From: Felis catus | Lineage: Eukaryota | DNA length: 64,000 nt | Reading direction: 5' to 3' | NCBI RefSeq assembly: GCF_018350175.1 | Contig: NC_058368.1 | Location: 38,256,001-38,320,000 of the forward strand | In this document: positions 25,256 through 38,325 of the stretch, piece by piece | Position numbering within the stretch: the stretch's first letter is position 1 | Layout: each line of letters begins with the position of its first letter | Translations under genes and position numbers: made by a program | The notes under the pieces: model-generated | What the model was told of the DNA's origin: nothing | Databases searched by the model: none | Seen by the model: only the letters and a program-made list of their open reading frames with translations

Positions 25256-27097
25256 TCAGGTTCGAGTCAGTGAGTCAGAGATGATTAATTTGGTTAATTT
25301 ATGCAAATCTGGCATTCTTCCAAGGACGTATCAACAAAATTTGAAGATTGCACACTAGGAAGTTTTAAAGCAGTCTTGCAAATGCGAGAGAGATTATTAA
25401 TCTCAAACCAAACATCTTCACTGCACTTTGGGGAATGATAAAACACACCAAAAAAGAAAAACCTCTTAAAATTTCAGTGGAATAGCATGCATTTTTAATG
25501 CATGGGTTTTGTTCATCTTTGAAAGTAGAAATACACTCTGTATTAGATTTCTGGAAACTTAATTTGCACACTACTATAATATGCAGGATTTTATGTAAAG
25601 TAACCTGGAAGAGGTAATGGAATATAAATCCTGAAGAGCATACTATGAGTCACTGAAATTACATCTAACTTTTCAATGAAAAGATTTTTACCAAATCCAT
25701 GGCAGTGTCATAATTGTTACTGACATTTTTATATTTTTTCCTAATATTGCACAGAAATCTGTAATCTGGAACATTGTAAAAATGGCTCAAAATTGTAGTC
25801 CTACAAACAGAATTTTACCTAAAAGGCATGTTTTTACAAGGAGTATATTTTTATTCTGAAAAAAAAACTGATATCCAAATTTACAGGGAAAACTTAAAAT
25901 TAGTTGCTATTGTTTGTTCTAAATTGTAAATAAAAATATATAACTATATATATGTGCATATATATGTATGTATGAAATCAAATGGTATAATTTTATATTG
26001 AAAGACCCTCTATTTAAAAAAAATAGAGATACATTCAAAAGATTTAATTTCACAAAAGCCCTGAGAATGGACACTAAATCTATCAATACAACATACCCAG
26101 TGCTTTGATGGCCAGTGCTTAACAGACTCTGAAATGTCACTGAATTGATAGGTTTTATATTTCCATTCTGTATTTGAGCAATTTCTCCCAACTTCATTTG
26201 CCATCCTGCTTCTTTTTGTTGATAATCAGGATATCTTCCAGTAAAACATACTTTCTTTGGGGACTAATCAAAACCCTGACTAAGTCAGGGTGCCAGAGAC
26301 TGATAAGCATGTGATGCTTCGTTCTCATTGCTAACCCTGCAGAAATAGACAATATAGAGGAGGCAAATGAGAGGATACTGAACCTTAAATGAGCTATTTC
26401 AAGCTATTGTTTTCCAACAGACCCTTCAGAGCACATCTTGTTATAATATTCCTGATGAGATATTCCAGCTTATTAGACAGCCAACTGTTATAGCAGTAAT
26501 GTGGCCTCATTTAACAATATTAAACCCAAATGGCTATCAATGTTCAGAGCTCCTCTTTGTCACAGTAATAACCTTTATTTCACATTCTCATATTTTCTCA
26601 TTGGCAATAGCCTGAAGAATTAATTTGGAGTTTCTCTGATAACATACAAAGTTGAATATCTTCCTTGTACCCACTGAGATATAGAGGAGGAATACAGTAT
26701 TGTGAGAATAGAGAATGAGTCAAATCTCTTATTTGACTCAAAGCTGAATTACCCACTATCAAGTAATTATTTCCGATTGTGGAATATTGTGACTAAATTC
26801 ATTCTGGTACTAATTATGAGGTTAAAAAACACCTTTTCTTAAAAATAACATGAAAATTTTGATTTCAATTAGATGTTTTTAGCAAATACTTGGAGCACAT
26901 TAAGTTAGAACCTAAAATAAATATGCAAGTTAAATTAAAACAAAAAATAAAGGTAAAATAAGTGATATAAAAATGTAGTAGTCAAATGTCCAAATCAAAT
27001 GTCCAAATATAGCAATCTGCTTTTTTCTGTCAAGGAAAACCATAAACTCTAAATATATCTGTATTAAATACATTATAATTCAAGATGACTATTTAAA

Positions 27098-27263
27098 TTA
27101 TTTTATGAGGTAGAAAACACATGAGTGGTCAAGAGGGGCAGAGAAAGAGAGGGAGAGAATCTTAAGCAGGCTCCACACTCCGCAGAGTCAGAGGTGGGGC
27201 TCGATCCTCCAGCCCTGGGATCAGCAAGGTTAGATGCTCAACCAACTGAGCCACCCAGGTGCC
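27098..27263 (-). mobile_element. Can-SINE
   Basis: TSD ttcaagat(g/a)act at 27079-27090 and 27264-27275. Confidence 0.92.
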
Positions 27264-28044
27264 TTCAAGATAACTTTTTTTTTAAGCCATCTTTGTGCTT
27301 GAGAAGTGCAATGTGAAATTATTGCCACCAGTATTACATAAATATTCATTAAACCAACATTACTGTTTGGCATCATTTGATAAATATATGGAAACAATTA
27401 TAAGTTCTCACTGACAACATAACAATAGTCTCAAAATGTTGAAGCACGTTCTGCCCTAAAGCTGACGTTGATGATACTGAGCTACGGCATCCATTTCCTC
27501 TTGGATCAGGTTTGCAGGTTTTGTCTCAGTTACAAATGACAACAGCAGACTGCCTGTATGATGTGACAGTGATGGTTAAATGCCAAAATCCATTCTAGAT
27601 CATTTATATGTTTTCACATGTAAGCCTCACTTAATTTTTTAAGGAAATTATTAAGATCCACATTATACAGTTTTCCCAAGTTCATCAAAGCTGATTGCTT
27701 GGTTCTAACCCCCATCAGCTGATTTCAAGAAGCATTTCCCCTATTATATAATATGCAGCCAAAATAACTATAACAGTAACTCTTATTTCCCTCTAATCCC
27801 TATATGTACCCTTATGTCAAGTTGTCTTATTAATCAATAATTAATGAATTTGCTTTAAAAGTCACAAAGATGATGACATCTAGACAAAATATATTGACCT
27901 ATTCGACTGAGTCCAGCAGACAGCCAATTCTTTAGCTTTTTTCTCTCAAATAGAAAACAATTCTAGGGATAGCCCAGCCAGGCCCAGTTATATGTATATA
28001 AAACTAGATTATGAAGAAATAATATGTTTATTTTTATAATTTTT

Positions 28045-28240
28045 TATTTTTTAAATGTTTATTTTTGAGAAAGAGACAGAGTGAACCAGGGGGAGGGGCA
28101 GAGAGAGAGGGAGACACAGAATCCGAAGCAGGCTTTGAGCTGTCAGCATAGAGCCCGACATGGTGCTTGAACCCATGAACTGTGAGATCATGACCTGAGC
28201 CGAAGTTGGATGGTTAACCAGCTGAGCCTCCCAGGTGCCC
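28045..28240 (-). mobile_element. Can-SINE (first of a tandem pair)
   Basis: Reverse-complement SINE ending ccaggtgccc at 28240. Confidence 0.95.
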
Positions 28241-28255
28241 ATATTTTTATAATTT

Positions 28256-28429
28256 TTTAAAATTTAATTTATTTTGAGAGAGAGAAGGAGAGAGAGAATC
28301 CCAAGTAGGCTCTGCACTGTCAGCACAGAGACTCATGCGGGGCTCAAACTCATGCATCAAACTGTGAGATCATGACCTGCTCCAAAATCAGGAGTCTGAA
28401 GCTTAACAGGCTGAGTCACCCAGACACCC
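28256..28429 (-). mobile_element. Can-SINE (second of a tandem pair)
   Basis: gagagaatcccaagtaggctctgcactgtcagcacagag..ctgagtcacccagacaccc. Confidence 0.93.
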
Positions 28430-28508
28430 TTATATTTATAATTTAGTAAACAAAGTGATTATTGGCATTGAAGTATTTTCACAGGTAGTGAGTAGAATCT
28501 CACATGAG

Positions 28509-28509
<1 letters not shown>

Positions 28510-28573
<64 letters not shown>

Positions 28574-28598
28574 TATATATACATATATATACATATCT

Positions 28599-28652
<54 letters not shown>
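28510..28652. repeat. (TA)n(CA)n compound microsatellite next to the retrocopy tail
   Basis: Read directly; contains a duplicated atacatatctttatttttt unit. Confidence 0.96.
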
Positions 28653-29525
28653 CTTTATTTTTTAACTTTCCAAATACTATTTATTTCACTGAAACCTGGA
28701 GCCAGGGCAAGGGTGTGTGAATGTCTGGTAAACCACACCTATGCCTGTTGACAACAGTAACCTCGAAGACCAGTGTGCTGAGGGCTAGCAGCCCTTTTTC
28801 CACTGCTCCAGATAGCAGTGCTGTCCAGCTGTCCAGGGAACAGAGGTGGACAAAGGTCTCCATGACAAAGCCCTTATAGACACTAAGGAACATCTGTAGG
28901 AGCACTGCTCACAGAAAACTGTGGTATAGGTCATAGCGTGTTATCATCCAGACCTGGGCAGATGCGACGATGTAGTGGGCCAAACTGATTTTGGAGTCAG
29001 TGCTCATATGGATATATTTCCAGCCAAACTCAAAGCCCGGGGCTCCAACCCAGAAGGGAGCGCAGTGGGACATAATGGGCTTGGAGATGGTCTAGCCTGG
29101 GGCAGCAACCGTGATCTTGTATTCCCCCTTGCCTGCATTCTGTGACATCTCAAGGTTTAGGTCTATCAGGTCTGTCACATCCACACTGGCCTTGGTCAAC
29201 TCCCCAATAAAGTCATAGATGCCACCTTCCTAGGTGGGAACAAAACGTAGCCAGGAACACCATCTTGCAAAGCTGCATGAGGAGGTGGGTGACCCCAGGC
29301 TGCACACACTTTCAGGAGGTGTTGTACTCGGACAGCCTGCTGTACTTGTAAGTGAGGAAGTAGGGGAAGTAGGCCAGGGTGAAGCAGTTCCTGAACTGAA
29401 CAAGGCCATGATGCTGGCCACCTGGGCCCAGCCAAGTAGGGGTCTCTGGCTCTGTTGACCTGTGGCCCTGGGCCCGAGCCCACCTGCATCCCAGGCAACC
29501 CACCTGGTCTTCTTCAGGTGAGTCA
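28653..29525 (-). pseudogene. TMEM147: Processed pseudogene of transmembrane protein 147
   Basis: ATG at 29409. The minus strand reads [154 protein letters not shown], colinear with TMEM147 as I recall it. No introns; frameshift at codon 4; stops at ~29230, ~29092 and ~28909; GC-rich 5' UTR; AATAAA at 28680-28685 and an A-rich tail. Confidence 0.95.
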
Positions 29526-29825
29526 CTTAATGTACACTGTTCCAGAAGCCAGGCATTCTTACTCCTACCTACATGAGAGTCCAGACACAGTTTGCATGAA
29601 TATTTAATCAAATCATTGCTGATTTAAAAAAAAAATTGTTATAATCATGTGCTTCTTTAAGAGAAGATGAACAATAACAATGTATGCAAAAGTGAATTTT
29701 GACAAATATAATAAAACATTTTAAAGTTATATAGAATTTTAATTTGAAAGAGGTTATAAGAGTAAATAGTACCATAATTTTTAAAGCTGATTGGGAATCA
29801 GAACTCTTAAGAATAATTAAAATTT

Positions 29826-30018
29826 GGGGGTGCCTAGGTGGCTCAGTTAGTGAAGCGTCCAACTTGGGCTGAGGTCATGATCTCCCAGTTCTGTGAGTTT
29901 GAGACCCATGGGGGTCTGTGCGGAGAGTGCAGAGCTCAGAGCCTGCTTAGAATCCTGTGTCTGCCCCTCACCCACTCACATTCTGTCTCTCTCTGAAAAA
30001 TAAACTTAAAAAAATTTA
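29826..30018 (+). mobile_element. Can-SINE
   Basis: gggggtgcctaggtggctcagttagtgaagcgtcc head, aaaaataaacttaaaa tail. Confidence 0.92.
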
Positions 30019-33000
30019 AAGAATCGTTTAAAAATCCGGAGTGCAGTCCAGGAATTACATTTTTAAAAATTGTTCTGATCATTTTTTAATATATAACTGG
30101 TCCCCTTGAATAGCATTTGGAAACCTCTGAAGTTTCAGTGTCTAAGTTTATATGTAGCAAAATAATTTTCTGTTATTATGTATAAAGTATCAAATATTTT
30201 TGACTATTCAAAGTTGTTTTTAAAATTACACAAAATCTGTCTAGATTTTAACAGGGATTATATAGAATCAACTTAATCTGTTATATTTTATTGAATTTAT
30301 CTTCTCTTTTGCAATATATACCACAGTATCCCTAAGTAAATCTTAAAAAGTAAAATCAATGAATTGAATTTTAGAAAAAAAAATCTAATACTATAATTAC
30401 AAACATTTTTGGAAAGATTAAGAAGAAGCAAATAATTTTGTGTGAAAGGGTATGGCTGTATTTAATTTAGTGTTAGATATCTAAAATAATAATTAACAGA
30501 TTTTTTAAATGAAAAATTCCACTATGTTCATGTATCTAAAAGTTTATAGCGCATAGGAGTTTCATTAATGTGTGAGTAAAACAATAAGTGACTGGATAAA
30601 GTATAAAAATTCATGGATTAATGTGATTACCCGTCATCAAGGAAAATGCTAGAGGTGATGATGTATGTTTGTTTTAAATCATTCCAGAAATGGTAATTAG
30701 AAGATTTGGTAATGAGTTCTTTTTGCCAAACGCACATATTTTGTGTTACTCTTAGTTAGGAATTGAAAATTGAACAGTTATGAATGATAAGAAATCTTAT
30801 CCAAATGGCAAATTATCCCATGTGCAATAAGTTGTTAAGCATCTTTATAAACATTTTAATGTTCTCATGGCGGCCTCTGATAAATAATTATCTTTAAAAG
30901 AAACCATAAAAAAATCAATTTTCTTCCATTTATCATTGTATATTGCCTGTTTTATCAGATATTAATATCATGACCTATATAATCATTTTAAAAAATAGAT
31001 CTTTGAATTTTTGTTTAATTTCCTATTGTCTAATATTTGAATTAAACAAATAAACATCAAGCATATGTTATGCTTTATACTGTGATTGTGGGGAAACTAT
31101 GGAATCTAAGGCAATTCTTTTAGAGACTCGTGGGTGTTAATAAAATAACGTTACACTGAACCCAAAGTTAAGAATTATTTTTTTAGTAAAAGTTACTGGT
31201 TCTCATTAGCTAGAGCTGATTTTAATGCCAAGAATTATACTGACCTCTCATCTAAGCTGAAACAGTGCTATTAATCCCTAGATTAGTGACAGTACCTTAA
31301 TATGATTAACTGTCTAATTAGTTTAGGGACTAGCCACTTTCACCTTTGCAATGTTTTTCTCTAACACTCTCTCCGGTTTTCACCGGCATGGGCATCACAG
31401 AAAGCATTGCCTGTCTTCAATAAAGTAACTGTGAAATAAACATTTGAACCAGAAAGCTTTCTATTGACCCAGAGATATAAGATTAATCCTCCACAGAATA
31501 ACGTACTTAGAGCCGACCAGAATGTAATGTTGTCAAAAAGAAGAAAGACATCAACACAAAACAAACTTTATTTGCCTTCAGCTATGGATTCATACATATG
31601 AAAAACAGAGACAATTTTTTCATGGAATATGTTCCAGGTTTTTTATATACCAAGTAAAATATTAAAAACAGCCCTGTTTTATAGCATCCCTAGGCAATTA
31701 TGTGTCTCATATAAAGATGATTATTTTATCACAGAATTTAAAAGAAACACATTTGTTTGGTAATTTACAGATATTTGCACAAGATAAAAAATAGACCTCT
31801 TTAGTCAGTTTTCAGCTTTCAAAATAGAAGATATTTCTGTTTCCTTTACTACGTAATTCTTTCAGTACTGAATTGGTTATATAAAACATTCACCTGTATA
31901 TCCATTAAGTAAAAAACATATGCGTTATTGCCCCAATAGCTCAGAATTGAGACCGGAGTAGCAATTTTAGTCTCTGAAGGAATTTGAAAGCACATGTGAT
32001 TCCCTTTATTCCCCTATAAAGCAATTCATAACACCTCACTGATAGATTTAATTGTTCATGCTTATCAATTTTTTTTGATTCAGTGACCTTCCATTTTTGA
32101 ATCTGAAGGACTTTGTGTTCTAAAAGAAAGTTGGAAAGTGAAAACATACAACAAAAGTTGTCATTCTCTACAAGCATTAAGTGAACCTTTTTCTCTCTGA
32201 AACAAATGTAACAACATGTATTTCTTCATGCAGCTGCCAAACTGAACCATGATGTGGCCAATTCATTCTTTTCAGCTGTCTTCATGATGGATCCACAGGC
32301 TTTGTCGTTTCTAAGCTGGCATTTTTTTTTACCTACTAAAGTTGGACATTCCGGGTAACTCATATAAAATCTTCCTGTTTACTGACCTAGTTAAATGACA
32401 TGCTTCCCTTTGTAGAAACAAATGATAATCCCTCTTCCACACACGGAAACACATACCTTAACAAACCTGTCAATCAGTAGGGCTGAAGGATTCTAAACTG
32501 TCTTTTATACTTAACTAGAAAAAGGCAATAACACAAATAAAAGATTCTTTGTTTTTTTAGACATTGGACATCTTGTCAATTCAAGTACTGTCAAGAATTA
32601 AGAAGATAAATCACCTGATTTAAAAGTACAAAAACAAAAGTTAAAAACATAAGAGACCAAAGAGATATAAGCAGTAGATGTTAACATTTACGTCGACGAT
32701 CGGAGTGGTAGTTTTGCATGCCTTGTAAGCAAGCATTTGGTTGCATATTTGTTAAGGGGAAGTTTACTGTCAACACCTAAATTCTACAACTTCATCCTCT
32801 TTTTAAAAGCTAGCATCACTGTTCTCATTCTGATGCTGAATGCATTGAAAGGCCAGGCCTCATCAGTTCCAAAGAGTGCTCTGTGGCTTATACCCTATAC
32901 ACTGAGCACAAAACATCACTGCACTTAAACTGTCCCCTTACATTGCTTCCAAACGATCTGCTTTCCATTTATTCATGAATGAAAAGTTGCCATTCTTTGT

Positions 33001-33407
33001 TTTACTACATGTTATTATCACAAAATAGTTCAGGTTTTTTTCCCGTTTCTCTATTTGTCCTTTATACTTGAACTGTCTTCCATGGATTTAAAACATTCAA
33101 AACTACACTTATAGAAGTTTTATGGAACTAATCTTTATGTTATGATTAGGAACATAAAGATTAGGAACTAATTTTTATGTTATGACAAAAACAAGTACTA
33201 TGGACAATGTTGTAGCTATCTAAGGTTACGTGCACTATTCACTTCTACGTGAGTAAATATGATAAAAGGCATTAAATGTTTATTAAATAAGTGGATATTT
33301 TTTTATTTCATCTGACTTTGAATTCTAAACTGCCATTGAGTAATGCATCTTAATCATCAAAAAAGTAATTCACAATAGCTTACTTTATATTTAGTAACAC
33401 AGGATTT

Positions 33408-33610
33408 TTTTTAAAAAACTGTTAACATTTTATTTATTTTTGAGAGAGAGAGAGAGTGCAGGGAAGGGCAGAGAGAGGGGGGGACAAAGGATCTGAAGAA
33501 GGCTCCATGGCGACAACAGCAAGCCAAATGCGGGGCTTGAATTCCCGAACAGGGAAATCATTACCTGGCCGAATTTGGACACTCAACTGACTGAGCCACC
33601 CAAGCACCCC
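33408..33610 (-). mobile_element. Can-SINE
   Basis: Perfect TSD aacacaggattt at 33396-33407 and 33611-33622. Confidence 0.95.
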
Positions 33611-36600
33611 AACACAGGATTTCTAATGATAGGTTCCTGCACTCTACGTCTATGTGGACAGTAGCAGTGACTGATGTTTGGGGCCATTTAACACAACAAA
33701 ATGTACATGAACTAGAAATGGCAGAGAAGACTGGCTTGGGGGTATTTCAGTGGCTACCAAACATTCAGAAGTATATGACCCAGATGCTGATTTTCTGAGG
33801 GTATTTTACCTGCCTTGTGAATGTTATATTTCATTTGTAGTTTTTTACTGTTGTAGCCATCATATGAGATCACCAGTTTCATGATGATAGTTTGGTATTC
33901 TAATTGTGTATTTTCTATATTGTCAGTATTTTAGTAAGTGCATATTGGGTCCACAGTAGGAAGATTATAGATATGCACCCAACATGAAAATTCCAGAAAC
34001 CTTGCCAAGAAGTGTGTGCACGTGTGTATGTGTGTGTGTATAGCTGTTTCCCAAGGAAACGTGTCATACAGACTAAGCATCTTAGAGTTTGGGCATTTAC
34101 TTTTAGAATATTAAAATTCATAGAAAGCCTAAGTCATTTCTATGTAGACGTGGATTTATATGGTTTGATAATTCAAATTGGACTTAATTGTTTTTGAAGT
34201 AAATTTTCTCTGCTAATAATGCAATTCCCTACGTAGGACATTTCAAGTATATTCCATAAAGTACAGTAACACTAAACATTAGTTTTTTTAATGGACAGTT
34301 GTGTCTCTAAAAATGTCTATAGTATTGTCAACTTGGAAAGACAAAGCTGTGTAAATTAAAAGATGATAAAATATGGTTCATGTTTTATTTATATCATCAA
34401 TCTTCTATAGAGCAGGATACCATATAATTGTCTTTTATGAGTTACTTTGTTTTCTTACAAAATATTTTGTCAAAAGTATTTAGATTTAGCAGTTTTAGAT
34501 TTCTAACAGAGCCGGATATATTAGAATTTTTCAGTGTAGCCCTTTTTCTTCTGACAAGCCAGCAGAATTTTAAGATATTTTCAATTTGAAAGGTCAAAAA
34601 TGGACATGTTCTGGCATAGAATTTCATTCAACTATAATGTCTCTTTCTCTCACATGATGGACTTTTTAAATCAAAATAAAATAAATAAATAAAAAGACAC
34701 TGAATGTTTAAGTCTTAAAGTTACTGTTTAATTTTTATATGGAAATATCATAAGCAGATTATGGTAAAGTTTAGTCATTCTGATTTCTCCTTTAACGTGA
34801 TGGGTTTAATTTTAATAGACTCTCATTTGTAATAGGTAGGAGTATCACTGCTTGCCTATGTCATTTGCATTCTCTATACCATTGAAATACTAAAAGCGAT
34901 ACAATAACTTTAAATTGTAATTAATCTACCACTATGCATTCATATATAAAGAATATGGCTGTTTAAATAAGCCTAATAACTGTCACCATACATAGTTGCA
35001 ATTTTTTAACTGTGTTGAGAGATTTTAAGACCTACTCACTTAGCCACTTTAAAATATGTAATAGAGTATTATTTTCTGTAGTCTCCATGCTATATATTAC
35101 ATCACCATGCCTTATTTATTCTAAAACTGAAAGTTTGTACCTTTTGACCCCCTTCATCAATTTGGCCACCCAACCTCTGCTTCTGGCAACCACCAGTCAT
35201 CTATTCTATTATGAGCTAGGTTTATTTTTGTTGCTTTTAGATTCCACATATAAGTGAAAACATATGGTATTTGTCTTTCTCCAATTTATTTCAATCAGCA
35301 TAATGCACTCAAGGTTTTGATTTGTATTTCCCTGAGGAGTAGTAATATTGAGGATCTTTTCACGTGTCCTTTGGCCATCCTCTTTGGAACGACGTCTATT
35401 CAGTCCTTCTAACCATTTATTAATCTGATATTTTTGTTGGTGTTGAGTTGTACCAGTTCTTTATTTTGGGTATTAACTCTTTATCAGATATATAACTTTC
35501 AAATACCTTCCCCTATCACTGGGTTGCCTTCCTGCTTTGTAGATAGTTTCCTTTGCTGTGCAAAAGCTTTTTTATTTTAGTGTAGTCCCAAAAGTTTATT
35601 TCTGATTTCCCTTTGCCTTAGGAGACATATCCATACTTACGATGCTAAGGCCAATGTCCAAGAGATGACTGCCTATGTTTTTTTTTTTTTTTTTCTAGGA
35701 GTTTTATGATTTCAGGTCTAAAATTTGGATCTTTAATCCATTTTGAGTTCATTTTTGTGTATGGTGGAAGGAAGTGGTCCATTTTATTCTTTTGTATGTA
35801 GCTAATTTTCGTAGCACCATTTATTGAGAAGACCGTGTCTTTTCTCCTTCATATATCCTTGCCTCCTTTGTCATGGATTAAATATAACCACATAAGCATG
35901 GGTTTATTCCTGGGCTCACTATCCTTTTCTGTTGATCTATATGTCTATTTTTGTTCCAGGACCATACTGTTTTTACTCTTATAGCTTTGTAGTATATCTA
36001 GAAATCTGAGATTGTAATATCTCTAGCTTTGTTCTTCTTTCTCAAGATTGCTTTGGCTATACAAATTTTAGGATTATTTGTTCTACTTCTGTGAACACTG
36101 CTGTTGGTATTTTGATAAGGATGGCATTGAAGCTGTAGATTGCTTTGAGTAGCATGAACATTTTAACAATATTCTTCCAATCCATACAGTTTAATGTTTT
36201 ATAGTTTTCACAGTACATATTTTCACCTATTTGGTTAAGCTTATTCCTAAATGTTTTCTTCTTTTTGATGTAATTGTAAATGGGACTGATTGTTTTCATA
36301 ATTTCTCTGCTACTTTGGGAATGCCACAGATTTCTGTATGTTAATTTTATATCCTACAACATTATGGAACTTATTAGTTCTATCATTTTCTTGGTGGAGT
36401 CTTTAGGGTTTTCTATACATAGTATCATGCTATCTGCAAATAGTTACAGGTTTAGTTTTTCCTTACAATTTGAATGTCTTTTATTTCTTTTCTTTTTGTC
36501 TGATGCTACAACCAAGACTTTCAATACTATGTTCAATAATAGTGGTGAGAGTGGGCATTCTTCTTTTGTTGATCTTAAAAATGTTTCAATCTTTGACCAT

Positions 36601-37887
36601 TGAGTATGATATTAGCTATGGGTTTTTTTATGTATGGTGTCAATTATATTGAGGAATTTTTTTCTCTAAACCTGTTTTGTTGACAGTTTTTATCATGAAT
36701 GGATGTTGTATTTTACCAACTGCTTTCTTTGCACCTATTGAAATCATAGGGTTTTTTTTATCCTTTCTCTAGTTAATGTGATGTATCACACTGTTTTGTG
36801 ACTATTGAACTACACTTGCATACCTGAAATAAATCCTACTTGAACATAGTGGATTATTTTTTTTTTAGTGTATTGTTGAACTCAGTTAACTAACATTTTG
36901 TTGAGAATTTTTGCATCTATTTATTAGAGATATTGGCCTGTAGGGTTTTTTGTTTTTGTTGTTGTTGTTGTTTGCTTTGGTTTGACTTGGTGGGATTTTG
37001 TTTTTTGGTGGTGTTGGTTTAGTGTCTTTGTTTTTGGTATCGGGATAATGTTAACCTTGTAGAATTAATTTGGAAATTTCCCTTTTTCTTCTATATTTTG
37101 AAATAATTTGAGAAGAATACATATACACTCTTCTTTTGATGTTTGGTAGAATTCATCTGTGAAACCATCTGGTCCTGGAATTTTGTGTATTGGGAGTTTT
37201 TTTTTTGTTTTTTTTTTTTTTTTAATTAGTGACTCAATTTCATTGCTGGTAATTGGTCTGTTCAAATTTTCTGCTTCTATTTTTTCCTGATTTGGCTTAT
37301 AATGCATTCTAGCATTCTCTTATAATCCTTTCTCTGTGGTATCAGTTGTTATGTATCTTCAATTTTTTTATTGTATTCATTTGAGTACTCTTTTTTTTCT
37401 TGATGAGTCTGGCTAAGGGTTTATCCACATTGTTTATCTTTTCAAAGAAACAACTCTCCATTTCATTGATCCTTTCTAGTTTTAAATCTCTATTTCATTT
37501 ATTTCTTCTCTAGTCCTTTATTATTCCCTTCTACTATTTTTGGGATTTATTTGTTCTTTCTCTAGCTCTTTTAGGTATAAGGTTAGGATGTTTGATATTT
37601 TTCTTTTCTCTTAAGGTATGCCTGTATCATTGGCAACTGCCCTCTGAGAACTGCTTTTGCTGCATCACAAAGATCTCAGACTATTGTTTTCATTTTTACT
37701 TGTCTCCTAGTATTATTTGATTTCCTCTTTTCTTATTGACCAATTCATTGTTTACTAGCATGTCATTTAGCTTTCATGTATTTGTGTTCTTTCCATATTT
37801 TTTCTTGTGACTGATCTCTAGTTTCAAGCATTGCAGTTGGAAAAGATGCTTCATAACTATTTCATTCTTCTTAAATTAAGAATTGTT

Positions 37888-38110
37888 GGGGCGCCTGGGT
37901 GGCACAGTTGGTTAAGCGTCTGACTTCAGCCAGGTCACGATCTCGCGGTCCGTGAGTTCGAGCCCCGCATCGGGCTCTGGGCTGATGGCTCAGAGCCTGG
38001 AGGCTGTTTCCGATTCTGTGTCTCCCTCTCTCTCTGCCCCTCCCCCGTTCATGCTCTGTCTCTCTCTGTCCCAAAAATAAATAAACGTTGAAAAAAAAAT
38101 TAAAAAAAAA
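37888..38110 (+). mobile_element. Young felid Can-SINE (doublet copy 1)
   Basis: CpG-rich, near-consensus ggggcgcctgggtggcacag..ctctgggctgatggctcagagcc; preceded by aagaattgtt. Confidence 0.97.
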
Positions 38111-38116
38111 ATTGTT

Positions 38117-38325
38117 GAGGCGCCTGGGTGGCGCAGTCGGTTGGGCGTCCGACTTCGGCCAGGTCATGATCTCGCGGTCCGTGAGTTCGAGCCCCGCGTC
38201 GGGCTCTGGGCTGATGGCTCAGAGCCTGGAGGCTGTTTCCGATTCTGTGTCTCCCTCTCTCTCTGCCCCTCCTCCGTTCATGCTCTGTCTCTCTCTGTCC
38301 CAAAAAAAATAAATAAAAACATTGA
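38117..38325 (+). mobile_element. Young felid Can-SINE (doublet copy 2)
   Basis: CpG-rich; followed by aagaattgtt (38326-38335). Confidence 0.97.

Noticed and set aside
28490..29545. Target-site duplication for the TMEM147 retrocopy
   Set aside because: I could not identify a matching direct repeat; the 3' flank is obscured by the microsatellite.
29196..29611. Overlapping ~100-aa ORFs as a novel gene
   Set aside because: They are alternative frames of the frameshifted TMEM147 retrocopy.
29760..30130. Possible MER5-like DNA transposon around the 29.8-kb SINE
   Set aside because: Similarity is too weak to support without an alignment.
37888..38325. SINE heads as tRNA genes, or repeat-spacer structure as CRISPR
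   Set aside because: The A/B boxes belong to tRNA-derived Can-SINEs. This is mammalian DNA with no repeat-spacer array and no cas genes.
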